A stretch of 63,874 nt of DNA, counting the filler, from Octopus bimaculoides (Eukaryota): assembly GCF_001194135.2 (NCBI RefSeq). It is 7 parts of 6 records of this genome, joined end to end, with 100 filler letters (N's around TTAATTAATTAA, not from the genome) between each part and the next. Parts side by side here need not be neighbours in the genome. Positions count along the whole stretch, not along the records: positions 23,139 to 35,487 come from NC_068982.1; positions 35,588 to 39,222 come from NW_026332130.1; 5 more parts are not named here. One strand, written 5' to 3'. Shown in pieces: positions 24,431 to 35,609 of this stretch. The first letter of the stretch is position 1, and every line of letters begins with the position of its first letter. Both the position numbers and the translations under genes were made by a program. Under the pieces are notes generated by a model. It was not told where the DNA came from, made no database searches, and saw nothing but the letters and a program-made list of their open reading frames with translations.

Positions 24431-26679
24431 AGGAGACAAAGCGATTGAAAAGTCCTTTTAGCATTTATATAAAGTGATTAACAGTCGAGGACAATTATAT
24501 TAATGTGTGAATCGTTTCTCCTTTCTGTTTACTACATTCACACCTCATCGTGGCTTTTATTTCACACCTCACCGTTTGCATTCACTATCCCTCCCCACCC
24601 CGCTCTACGGCGCTCCAATGGTTAAGATTCCACGACAGCTGGTCAACTTTCCTATCGTTTATACCGCCGACCTTTCGGACCACCTCCTTGCTGCTGTTTT
24701 AGATCTGTTCAGATACTTAAACAAGCATTATTGCGACATTTCTGCATCAATAATAATCTCTCATTTTTTTCATAATGACATCTTTTAAAGTTTAAAGATA
24801 TCTACGTCAAAAGAGATTCACAATAACAATTGTATCAAAATCAAAATCTTAAACTTCACACACACGATAGAAAATGGAATGAACGACATTATTTCAGACT
24901 ACAATTGTCTCGACAAATTTTTCACCCATAGTACGTTGGTGAGATGTATAATCCTTATCATCCATCCAAGATGTAAAATGCACTTCCTCAGATGATTGTT
25001 TAAATAAGTCCACCGTTAGATCCTACTGTCATTTAACTCACTGTGAGAACGAATACCCAAAGCAGTGTTGTCTTTTCAGCAGTTTACATCCAAAACTAAT
25101 CCCATAGATGTAGTGACAATGTATTTTGTCTATCATGACAAATTTTTGTTACATAAAAAATGCATCTTATACGCCGGCAAATACGGTAATTTTGGAAATT
25201 ATCTCCCTTGTATTTCACAAGAAATATCGTAAACTATAATTATTAAAATTTTTCATTGGATATGAATCGGTTAAAACAATTTTTTCAGACTCATTTCATT
25301 AAGGATTTTAGCCACCATCACTTCAATGACATTTTATTAAACAACTTTTCGCTAAAAAAATATGTCAAATGTCACAATAGGAAACAAATTTATTTGTGAC
25401 AAACATCAAACATTCCCGACAGACAGCCATATTAGAAAGGTCAAATGACAAAACCAACATCTGAAATTACTGAATGCATTTGCGTACAGACAGAAATGTT
25501 AGCCTTCATAATGTTATATTATGTGGTCGTTGGTTATGGCCGGTCAAGAAGTTATCATTAGCTTCGCACCTATTATGCCCTTAGTAATGTCGGCGACTCA
25601 TGGGGTCTTCTAACCGGAAGTACAAAACCTTTAATAATGGAGGCAAGAATATTACTGCTTAAAAGATTTTTTTAGAGTGCNNNNNNNNNNNNNNNNNNNN
25701 NNNNNNNNNNNNNNNNNNNNNNNNNNNNNNNNNNNNNNNNNNNNNNNNNNNNNNNNNNNNNNNNNNNNNNNNNNNNNNNNNNNNNNNNNNNNNNNNNNNN
25801 NNNNNNNNNNNNNNNNNNNNNNNNNNNNNNNNNNNNNNNNNNNNNNNNNNNNNNNNNNNNNNNNNNNNNNNNNNNNNNNNNNNNNNNNNNNNNNNNNNNN
25901 NNNNNNNNNNNNNNNNNNNNNNNNNNNNNNNNNNNNNNNNNNNNNNNNNNNNNNNNNNNNNNNNNNNNNNNNNNNNNNNNNNNNNNNNNNNNNNNNNNNN
26001 NNNNNNNNNNNNNNNNNNNNNNNNNNNNNNNNNNNNNNNNNNNNNNNNNNNNNNNNNNNNNNNNNNNNNNNNNNNNNNNNNNNNNNNNNNNNNNNNNNNN
26101 NNNNNNNNNNNNNNNNNNNNNNNNNNNNNNNNNNNNNNNNNNNNNNNNNNNNNNNNNNNNNNNNNNNNNNNNNNNNNNNNNNNNNNNNNNNNNNNNNNNN
26201 NNNNNNNNNNNNNNNNNNNNNNNNNNNNNNNNNNNNNNNNNNNNNNNNNNNNNNNNNNNNNNNNNNNNNNNNNNNNNNNNNNNNNNNNNNNNNNNNNNNN
26301 NNNNNNNNNNNNNNNNNNNNNNNNNNNNNNNNNNNNNNNNNNNNNNNNNNNNNNNNNNNNNNNNNNNNNNNNNNNNNNNNNNNNNNNNNNNNNNNNNNNN
26401 NNNNNNNNNNNNNNNNNNNNNNNNNNNNNNNNNNNNNNNNNNNNNNNNNNNNNNNNNNNNNNNNNNNNNNNNNNNNNNNNNNNNNNNNNNNNNNNNNNNN
26501 NNNNNNNNNNNNNNNNNNNNNNNNNNNNNNNNNNNNNNNNNNNNNNNNNNNNNNNNNNNNNNNNNNNNNNNNNNNNNNNNNNNNNNNNNNNNNNNNNNNN
26601 NNNNNNNNNNNNNNNNNNNNNNNNNNNNNNNNNNNNNNNNNNNNNNNNNNNNNNNNNNNNNNNNNNNNGAAGCCGGTCA

Positions 26680-26835
26680 TGTGAATGCACACACGTGTGT
26701 GTGCGTGTGACAAGCGGTGCTGGTTTGTTTTCGTCCCTATATATTAGCAGTTCAGCCAAAGACATTCATAAAATAAGCTCCACACTTAAAAAGAATGAGT
26801 TGTTCGAGGAAATCTATCAAGGCAGTGCTCCAGCA
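26680..26835 (+). mobile_element. SINE family B, 3' half after a gap
   Basis: GACAAGCGGTGCTGGTTTGTTTTCGTCCC..AAGGCAGTGCTCCAGCATGG matches 50870-51010. Confidence 0.7.
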
Positions 26836-27691
26836 TGGCAGTAACATCATGGCAGGATGTGACGCTCCAATGCAGCGCGTCACTGCAAACCCCGTTTGTT
26901 GGTGTATGTTCGGGTCGTCCTGGATAGCCCTCCGAATTGTGCCCCAGTCAGTCCCCCATCTCTTCATGACGTAAACAAAATCCTGTAGCGTGGCTGGGGG
27001 TAGTGTGGAAGAGGGCTGGTTCTCCCAGGGCAACGCTTTCATCGGGGCGGCCCTTTGGGTTCTGCTATGTAAGGCTGTATAAGGGGCAGGAAATATGCAA
27101 ACTACAAAGGCTACGTCACTACCAAGATCTAGGTTTTAAATATATCTTTCAGTAACTACGGATATAAAAGAATTAATAGCAGAACAAAAGGGAAACATTC
27201 ATACTGACCTATTTTATTGACAGTTTCAAGACAATCGTGGGGCACTCTGATGTAAAAGGTGTCCTCATTCAAGGCTGCTATAAGCGTCGCCTGGTTAGGT
27301 AAACGAAACTTCGCCGACGTTGGTAAACGTATTTCAAGGTCGATTTCTTTCTTATCTTAGAAACAAATACAACGATTAAATATTTAAAAAAAAATGGAGG
27401 GATTAAACATTAAAATTTGAAAGTACTCATCTCTCACGTGAATTCCTTTGCAAAATGTCCCATATTTGGATTCCATCGATCTCCCATCGCACAATCTAAG
27501 CGTACACCGACGGAACATCCTAAACCATCGCAGCACGTGTTGACGGAGCTCATTTTACCCCACTCAACTCAGGCGGTGTCCCAAGGTTCGGTTTTCTTTA
27601 CCACACACTTTTCTCTCGTACGCATGTCACATCCAACAATACGCAGCCAGGAATCGAACTCACGACCGCAGGTCGAATGCCCTAAAGATTA

Positions 27692-27990
27692 GTGACGGCA
27701 CGCAGCTTAGTAGTTAGGGTTATCGGTTCACGATCCTAAGGTCGATATTCGGAAGCGCGTTGTGTCCTTCAGCGAAACAATTTCACGTTGCTCAACTCGT
27801 CTCGGGCTTGTCAAAATGAGTCGTACTTATTTCAATAGGCTACCATTGTCCCAGTCCATCATGCTGAATCTCCCTGAGAACTACATTAAGGGTACACGTT
27901 TCTGTGGAGTGCTCAACCACTTGCATGTTGATTTCTCAAGCAGGCTGTTCAGTCAGGAATACTTGCCGTAACCGACGAAGTGCCACTCTT
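27692..27990 (+). mobile_element. SINE family C copy
   Basis: GGCACGCAGCTTAGTAGTTAGGG head; 3' part CTACATTAAGGGTACACGTTTCTGTGGAGTGCTCAACCACTTGCA is the reverse complement of 15560-15610. Confidence 0.8.
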
Positions 27991-29541
27991 CATCTGAAGC
28001 TTGCTTTCAAGACCAGGTTAAGTGCATATTTGGTCGTTTTCATGACAACCATTAAAATGTAATCTGCAAGCATCACGCACATGAAATTTTTTTCAGTCAA
28101 ACTGGGATAGATGCCATATAGAAGACAGGAGGCGAATATTAGTCTTCGAAACAAAATCAGATATATTCAAGTCGTTGTTTTAAACAATTACTCAAAAGTC
28201 ATTCCGATGCATAGATAGAGAAAGCAGTCGTAAAGGAGGTTGAAAAGGAGATTGAGAGAGAAATAGAAAAGGAGTTTGAGAAAGAAGTTATTGAGGAGGA
28301 AAAGATAGAAGCAGACAGACTGGAGGGTTGTTTAACCCATGAGGTAGAGGAGCAGTGAGAGGAAGCAACGATAATGACTGAAATGGATAAAGTGATGCCA
28401 AGAGCAGAACACAGTAAATAAAAGCAGAAAAAATTCAATTGGAATTTTGTAATATGACAAAAATGTGTGCACGGAAAAGAGGATTACCAAGATGAAATCG
28501 GTCATAAGGGTGGAGTTGCCAAAGGACAGTTACGGTGATAATGTGAAGGCGATTTTAATAGACAAAGAAAAGTATAGCAGGTGGAAGGAAATATGCAGAT
28601 TCGAACAACCAACTTTCGAGGTAGAGTTCAACGAACTACCGTCAGTGGACGAACTAAGTGAATTAAGGCCTTATATAAAAAGGATTAAAAAAAAAAAAAA
28701 AAAGACTAACTTGTGTAAAACAAAAGATGCAAAGAGATTAAAAACATTGATTATAAACGGACAGTAAGAACGTTCGAATGGTATTGCATGTGAGTGGGGC
28801 GCATGCAGCCATTTCATTGTACATTTTTACCATTTTTCATTCGCTTTATGTTTTTGTCCCCACTGTGCTGTTCTGTCTGTCTTTGTACTGTCCCCTCTGT
28901 TTGGCCCTTGTGGCTGTAACAGAAATCATTATATGGTACGGCAAAATATCCTCCCAGATTCACTATTCTTCATAAACATTTCTACAGAAAACGCATCAAA
29001 TCCAAAAGAAAAAAAATGGTAAAGCATCAACTATATGAAGATACCATTTCTATCTGCCTAACCTCACTAGTGCCATGCCAACGGCCATGTAACCTAGCAG
29101 TTCGGCAATAGCGACCGGTAAAATAAGTACCAGGCTTTATAAGAAAAAGTACCGGGGTCGGTTCATTCGACTAAAAATTCAAGGCGGTGCTGCAGCATGG
29201 CCACAATCTAATTACTGAAGACAAATAAAAGAAACAAGACAAATACCTTCATTATCAGATGAAGTAAAATAAGTTCCAATCATATAAGCAATTTTAAGAC
29301 ATTGATCTTGATTGATACAGCCATCATAATAGGCAACAACGATCTCAGCCAAGCCATAGCCACAAATCATATCTGGTTGGAAATCGCACAACTTCAAGAT
29401 GTCCACATAAGCTGAAAAGGAAGTAGGAAAATTGTTAAAGTAGTTGAATAACTTAGTTCTTAATTCAGTTCTATATTTAAGAGATGAGGAATTATGTACA
29501 TTATTTACATTTGACGGATATTTGTCATTTTGTTTGTTGTT

Positions 29542-29587
29542 AACACAACGTTTCGGCTGATGTACCCTCCAGCCTTCAACAGGTGTC
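29542..29587 (-). ncRNA. Minimal type-I hammerhead motif (core CUGUUGA)
   Basis: Reverse complement reads GACAC CTGTTGA A GGCTG-10nt-CAGCC GAAAC GTT GTGTT; stem I GACAC/GTGTT. Confidence 0.55.
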
Positions 29588-29729
29588 TTGGGGAAATTTC
29601 GAACCTAGGTTCTCATTCCTAAGGTATTGTTCGATGTTATTATTATTATTCAGGTCACTGCCTGGAATATTTGGGTTGAACATCGAAAAATACCCTAGGA
29701 ATGAGAACCCAGGTTTGAAATTTCCCCAA

Positions 29730-29775
29730 GACACCTGATGAAGGCTGGAAAGTATATCAGCCGAAACGGTGTGTT
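29730..29775 (+). ncRNA. Minimal type-I hammerhead motif (cleavage triplet mutated to GGT)
   Basis: GACAC CTGATGA A GGCTG-10nt-CAGCC GAAAC GGT GTGTT. Confidence 0.5.
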
Positions 29776-30004
29776 AACAACAAACAAGATGAGGACAAAT
29801 ATCCGTCAGATGTAAATTATGCAAATAAGGTTTAAAATTATTGCAGCCAAACAAAGACGCATGGCCTGGTATTTACAAATCCGGACTCCAGAGCCGTATA
29901 TTTAGGTTTTCGTTGTAGGCGCTGCATCGCGTCGTTGGCTAAAGATTACCATTTGCATCGCAATAGGTGATGGGAGGGCGCCCTTCATAGTAAAAACCGT
30001 TATT

Positions 30005-30378
30005 GGCACCGGTTATGGTAAGAAGTTTGCTTCCCAACCACGTCGATCCAGGTTCAATCTCACTGCGTGGCACCTTGGGCAAATGTCCACTATAGCCCCA
30101 AGCGGACAAAAGCCTTGTCGGTGGATTTCGTTGACGGAAACTGAAAGAAACCCGTCGTGTGTCCTTGTCTTGACTGATCGTGATAGTTGTAAACGAATGC
30201 CACCGTCGTGCCAGCGGTGTCCGTTTCCTATCTTCTGTGATCACATGGGAAAATATTACCTGGATTGCGAACGGGTGAGGGTTGTCGATAAGAAGGGCAT
30301 CCGATTGTAGAAAATTCGCATCATCAAATTCTGTTTGACTAATGCAAACATGGAAAAACAGACGTTAAAACGATGACG
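30005..30378 (+). mobile_element. SINE with family B head and a different 3' tail
   Basis: Family B head and body to GAAAGAAACCCGTCG, then tail GGGTTGTCGATAAGAAGGGCATCCG..GACGTTAAAACGATGACGA. Confidence 0.75.
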
Positions 30379-30679
30379 AAATTAAATAAAAATGAATAGT
30401 TTTGATAGAATTGAAGAAAAATTTATGGAATACGAGTTGGTTCTTGATGTATGCAATCTGACATATAGAGGGATACTTAACCCATAAGTAAGGCTGTACT
30501 CAACAAGAGTCTCTCCCTAAATGTTGAATACACCTCGGACAATAATTGTGTCAGGGATGTTTCGTAACCTAGAGAATTCAAAATCTGAAAAATAAAACAA
30601 TTTAAGGATGAGCAAATTAAACAAGAAAAAAATGGCTCATAAAACCCACAATTGTGGTTGAGGCAGAAATGGTCTAATG

Positions 30680-30921
30680 TAGTTTTTCTCAAACCGAGGT
30701 CCACATGACCCTTGGGGGTACATTTAAGACTGTTAAAATGTCCAAAAAACGGTAATACTTCTATAATACACAAAATATTTTAATGTTTTTATACAATTTC
30801 TAAAAATACTTAATAATAATAAAAATAACAATAGAATGTAAATCAGATGGCTATGGAAGTCCAGTAGAGGAAAATAGGAATCAAAGAAGTCCATGGTTAA
30901 AAAAATGGTTGAGAACCACTG
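30680..30921. mobile_element. hAT (Charlie-like) MITE, second copy
   Basis: Homologous to 23849-24078; right TIR GGTTGAGAACCACTG; flanks GTCTAATG and GTCTGACA. Confidence 0.75.
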
Positions 30922-31217
30922 GTCTGACAAGACGTTTTCAGGCCTTCTACAATACGTCTATCAAAATTTAAGGGGAGAAAGGTTATTTTTGGTATTGAAA
31001 TGATTACAGACATTCAGGGCCGTTCTGGACATACGTTTGATGTTATTAACACCGTTCGCCTGAAAGAGAAAATACTTTTGCATGGTGAACGGCAGTGAAA
31101 ATGCTTCTTTACTGGTCGAATATGTCCCACACATTTGAACAAAGATCGTTTATTTTACATGACTGCTTCGAACGTCACCCATATATTTGGTCCAAATGTT
31201 TGAAAAATGGTTGCAAA

Positions 31218-31522
31218 TGTAGAAAGATTGAAGTGATGGTGTTGGGCGGAATTCGTGACAGACGAACTGTAGACAAAAACTTCGCTGCGGGCTAGCTAGG
31301 AAGTTGGTCAGCAGGAAAACAAAAGGGACTTCCGGAAGGAGAAGTAAAACAAAAGAATGTCAACAGTGAGTGTGAAACGAATCTGAATAAACTAAACAGA
31401 AATAACTGGCGACTTAAGCCCTGATGTACGTAAAGTAATAAACGTTTGATAAACGTATTCTCGTCTCCACTAGTTTGTTTGCGTATAGCTTAAAGCTATA
31501 ACGGGAAGATTCCAGACTTACA
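31218..31522 (+). mobile_element. Possible solo LTR
   Basis: TGT...ACA ends, AATAAA signals near the 3' end, about 305 bp; no clean TSD and no second copy in the window. Confidence 0.25.
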
Positions 31523-31906
31523 AACAACGCGTGTTCAGCTGAATAGTTTAAACTGGTTGAAGACATAGTGCAAAACTAAAATTTAAACTAACCAGCGATA
31601 TTATTATGAATGTAAGATTATTAATATAAATATTTAGTAATTAATATGTTCCTTTTAAGGCAGAGCGTTTGTCAACATGTCAAAACATTTTACTATTATA
31701 AGAGATGACAGGTGAAAAGCGTAGATATTTTAAAGTAAATATTTTTGTTTGAATTGCCTCACAATTCTATCATTTTTTTTATTTAGCCCTAGGACTCATA
31801 AGACCAGTTACCTGGTTTTTATGGCGTATGAGTGACCAAGATCATAACACACCTCTTAAACGGGATGCCGAAAGTTTTCAGGCCAGCAATTTTGAGGGGA
31901 GTGGGG

Positions 31907-32501
31907 GGATCTTTGTGATTTGACGGCCAACACTTGTTTTCTTAACGAAACACTTTCAAACTTGGGACACTGGTAGAATGTGTCATACAAATTAACTTTT
32001 TCTCTTAGCCTTCTTAACAAAAAATTGTACATCGCAAGTTATTTCATGTTAAAGTTGTTGTATTTCTATAATTTCAACCAATCACTGACGTCTATTCAGC
32101 TGAATACAGTCAGTGCTCTTTTGTAAACAGCCGGTGTTAANNNNNNNNNNTGGCTGCTATTTCTAGGAAATGAAGCACTTGGTGGAGGTGCATTAATAAT
32201 TCAAGTATTTTGATGGCTTTTTCCTCTTTGTTTACGAACAGTCTAGTTAATCGGAAATGTCAGAACTAACGGGGATTAATACCATATACACCGTTACAGC
32301 ACAAACTGTATTCAACTGAATAGACGTCAGTGATTAGTTGAAATTATCGAAATAAGACAATTTTTAACGTGAAATAACTTCGAATACAAAATTTTTTATC
32401 TGTTCTATACCACAAAATATACAAGTATACGAAGTCTGAAAGTGTTTCGGTACCAAAAACACTACATAAAAAAAATGTTGCCCGTCAAATCATAAAGGTC
32501 C
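31907..32501. mobile_element. Merlin-like MITE with long imperfect TIRs, nested in a family A SINE
   Basis: Termini GGATCTTTGTGATTTGACGGCCAACA and TGTTGCCCGTCAAATCATAAAGGTCC; exact 8-bp TSD GAGTGGGG at 31899-31906 and 32502-32509. The superfamily is inferred from the GG termini and 8-bp TSD. Confidence 0.75.
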
Positions 32502-32675
32502 GAGTGGGGAAAGTCGATTATATCGATCCCACTACTTAAGTGATATTTTATTAGATCGACTCCGAAAGAGATGAAAGTTGATTTCTGCGAGATTTGAATT
32601 GAAAACGTAAAGAGCCGGAAGAAATGCCGCAAAGCATTTTGACCGACACATTAACGATTCTGCCACCTTGCCGTT
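32502..32675 (-). mobile_element. SINE family A, interrupted by the MITE
   Basis: Head and core at 32510-32675; its tail continues at about 31875-31906. Confidence 0.75.
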
Positions 32676-32794
32676 TTACTACAATATTTAGAGAAACTAT
32701 CTCCAGAGAGAATTGAACGAATACATACAGAGAAACATTAACGGTTGATAATACACTTTTATTCTGTGACCCCATCAATAAAACACTATTTTTA

Positions 32795-33100
32795 GGTGCC
32801 ATGTAGGACAAGCGATCATGTCCTATTAGGTGCCATGTAGGACAAGCGATCATGTCCTGTCACAATTTTCTGTTCTTTGTTTCCTGTAACAATTCCACTT
32901 CCTGATGTTTAATCTCGCTTTCTTCCACCCAGTTAGTCAAGCTTGACATCCATATCCTTATTCGGCTTCTTTTCTCGTCAATCTTTCCAGTCATCACTAA
33001 GTTCTTCAGGCCCCCTTTCCTCATTAAACAGCTCACAGGACAAAATCTCCTAACCTTGCTTCATCCTCAACGAAGCAGAACTGAAAGCAGTTATCAAGTT
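32795..33100 (-). pseudogene. RTE-clade LINE 3' end
   Basis: GLKNLVMTGKIDEKRSRIRIWMSSLTNWVEE..ELLQETKNR..MIA; ends in a duplicated 31-bp unit AGGTGCCATGTAGGACAAGCGATCATGTCCT. Confidence 0.7.
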
Positions 33101-33109
33101 AGGTAGACG

Positions 33110-33830
33110 GGGTCCAACATATTAAATGCCAAGATCGACAAAGATGCAGAAGAATATAAGTTGGTAAAAGCAAACAGCACCTTCGATAGACTGTATATGG
33201 AATAGTTTCAAATAAGATGCTTCTGAAGAAGGGCACAGGGATCAATGGATACAACGCCATTGTAATAACTACTCTTCTGTATGGTTCCAAGTCGTGGGTT
33301 ACCTACCATCGCCAGCCGGTTACTTCCATCAGCGTTGACCACTGCACAATCCTCAACAGCTACGGGAGTAACCTTTTATAGTGAAGTCCTTAACTAGGTT
33401 GAAGACGATATCACTGAGGCCACGTTGTTAAAGTCACTGCAACGCTGAGCAGGGAACACTTTCAGGAATGGAGGATTACTGCCAGTCCAAGACTATGCTG
33501 TTTGTTTAGCTCTTCAATGGCCACCGCAACAGAGAATCACCAAAAAAAAAAAAAAAAAAAAAAAAAAGAGACTCAGAAGAAATTCTCTGGTGTGTGTCAC
33601 CCTGACCATTACCAGTAGTCCGTTACAAACTCCAATCAAGGGTTCCTTTCACCTTCGAAAAGGCAGACAGGGCTGACACCTTTAAGACAAAAGTAGATAG
33701 AGGAACCAAAACAAAATTTCTCTTGTAGCAATGTGCCCAGGCTTGCCTATCCTACATTGGCTTTGTGGGTCATTGGCGAGCCTGCAGTCACTGTGGCCTG
33801 GCCTGGCTTACCTATCTAATATTGACCTTA
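33110..33830 (+). pseudogene. RTE/BovB-like LINE, 3' part of ORF
   Basis: NAKIDKD..KANSTFDRLY..LKKGTGINGYNAIVITTLLYGSKSWVTYHR.. and a C-terminal C..C....IG..GH..AC remnant; many frameshifts. Confidence 0.75.
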
Positions 33831-34332
33831 CAGGTCACTAACGAGGACATACCGAGATACATACAACAAAGGCGTACTTTATAATTAAATAAATAGGCAT
33901 ACAATTATAAATGCTAAATTGAGTTGATAATCTTATGTCTTTAGAATAAAAGCAAAACTTATGTTGAAAGTAGTGTCGAATTTATTAAATTCGTTTAGTC
34001 TAATATCATCTTCGTCATGGTTTGGTTTCAAGAACAAAGAGAACTGAAGTAAGAACTTATGAAGTCGACATTGAATGCTGTCTTTGAAATATTACTGATA
34101 ACGTACCGTGTCGTATCTGTGAAAAGACTGTTGAAAATAATCAATATTCAGTAAATCTTTGTTGACCATATTTCTATTCATGAAGAGGCCATCATGGAAA
34201 ACCAGCCAAACAGGCACTGTTCTCTTTTCAGCTGTCGTTCTCATTTTAATTTCTGGAAAGAAATGAAATAGAAACGTCAGGTCAGCGTACAAATTTCCTT
34301 CATTCATAATTAGGTTGAAAAACATTATATTA

Positions 34333-34745
34333 CTAGTGCACGACCCGTTGTTTTATGCCCGTTATAAGTAATATTTTGTTTCATTGAGATATATGTTCAA
34401 GAATTAAATAAAATAATGTAAAACTATATTTAGATAAAAGAAACATTGCTTTTCAAGTGATAACAATACGGGACATATGCGGTTTCTTCATTCCCAACCT
34501 CCTGGTTCCTATTTACAATTCACTTACCGTTTGAAATAACACTGATATAGGTTGCGTGTGCGTCTTGACTAGGTTGGCTGAAGAAACTTGAAGAAAGGAA
34601 AGTGAGAACCTCTGGACGTCGAGCATGGAGTGCAGTAAAGTCGAGCAGTTTGTTATATTGCTTGTTGTCTTGGATACACAGAGGGATCAGAACCGCATTA
34701 GAAAGTTCTGGAAAGAAAATTTGTTTCATTTATATATGAAGTAGT
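34333..34745 (-). mobile_element. Possible non-autonomous Helitron
   Basis: Minus-strand 3' end CGGGTCGTGCACTAG/T and 5' end CTACTTCATATATAAATGAAAC; single copy. Confidence 0.35.
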
Positions 34746-35164
34746 TGGGGCTAAAATAAAGCAAAAAGAAAACTAATTCGAGTTAAACTTGTAATAAAGA
34801 AAGGAAAAAATTAGCTTGGTTCAGTAGGGCAAGGAAGATAACTCTTCATTCAACCGAAACATACAGTTAACCATTAAAAGGTCAGAATGTAATTATTTTT
34901 TTTTTAAAGGCCTACTACTTTGCTCGCCTTCACTGTTTCTCGTGTAGAAGATGTCCCTGAGTATTTCCCTTTCAGTCCTTTTCTCACTGATATTCATTCG
35001 AAAGTAAATATTCTACATGAGAGACTGAAGGGCTGGGTTTATTGGTTAACCCGTGGGAATTCACGGATACCATTGGAAAATCTATAAGTGAGAAATATTC
35101 AGTTTTTACAGAGTTTACTCGGGCCCTGAATTGTAGTGGATTTATCTGAATGGAGGATATCTCG

Positions 35165-35447
35165 TTTGTATTTGATTTGTGACAGGTTTTGTATCTCTTC
35201 TGACTTTACCTTCCTGAGTTCAAATGCCACCAGGGTCGACTTTACATTTCATGCCTTCGGGGTCGATAAAATATCAGTTGAGCACTGGATTCGATGTAAT
35301 CGACTTACCCACCCGCCCTGAAAATGCTGGCCTTGTGTCAAAATTTGAAACTAGAATTATTAAAGCGGTGAACTTGCAAAACCGTTAGCACCATGGGCAA
35401 AATGCATTCGTCCGTCTTTAAGTTCCGAGTTCAAATTCCGCCGCGGT
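35165..35447 (+). mobile_element. Two tandem SINE family A copies
   Basis: Cores at about 35230-35280 and 35415-35445; the second is cut by a gap. Confidence 0.8.
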
Positions 35448-35609
35448 CGGCTTTGTCTTTCATACTTTCGGATTCAATAAAATGAATNNNNNNNNNNNNN
35501 NNNNNNNNNNNNNNNNNNNNNNNNNNNNNNNTTAATTAATTAANNNNNNNNNNNNNNNNNNNNNNNNNNNNNNNNNNNNNNNNNNNNATATATATACATA
35601 TATATATAT

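Larger units (their letters stand above)
29467..29825. mobile_element. Inverted pair of Penelope-like terminal repeats
   Basis: Arm 29485-29637 (minus) and arm 29680-29825 (plus) are reverse complements; the same repeat lies at 7460-7550. Confidence 0.85.

Noticed and set aside
24500-25500. Possible DNA transposase remnant (EEVHFTSW..KFVETIV..HSIF on the minus strand) with MITE-like ends
   Set aside because: Similarity is too weak to call by eye and no TIR pair was found; it needs a profile search.
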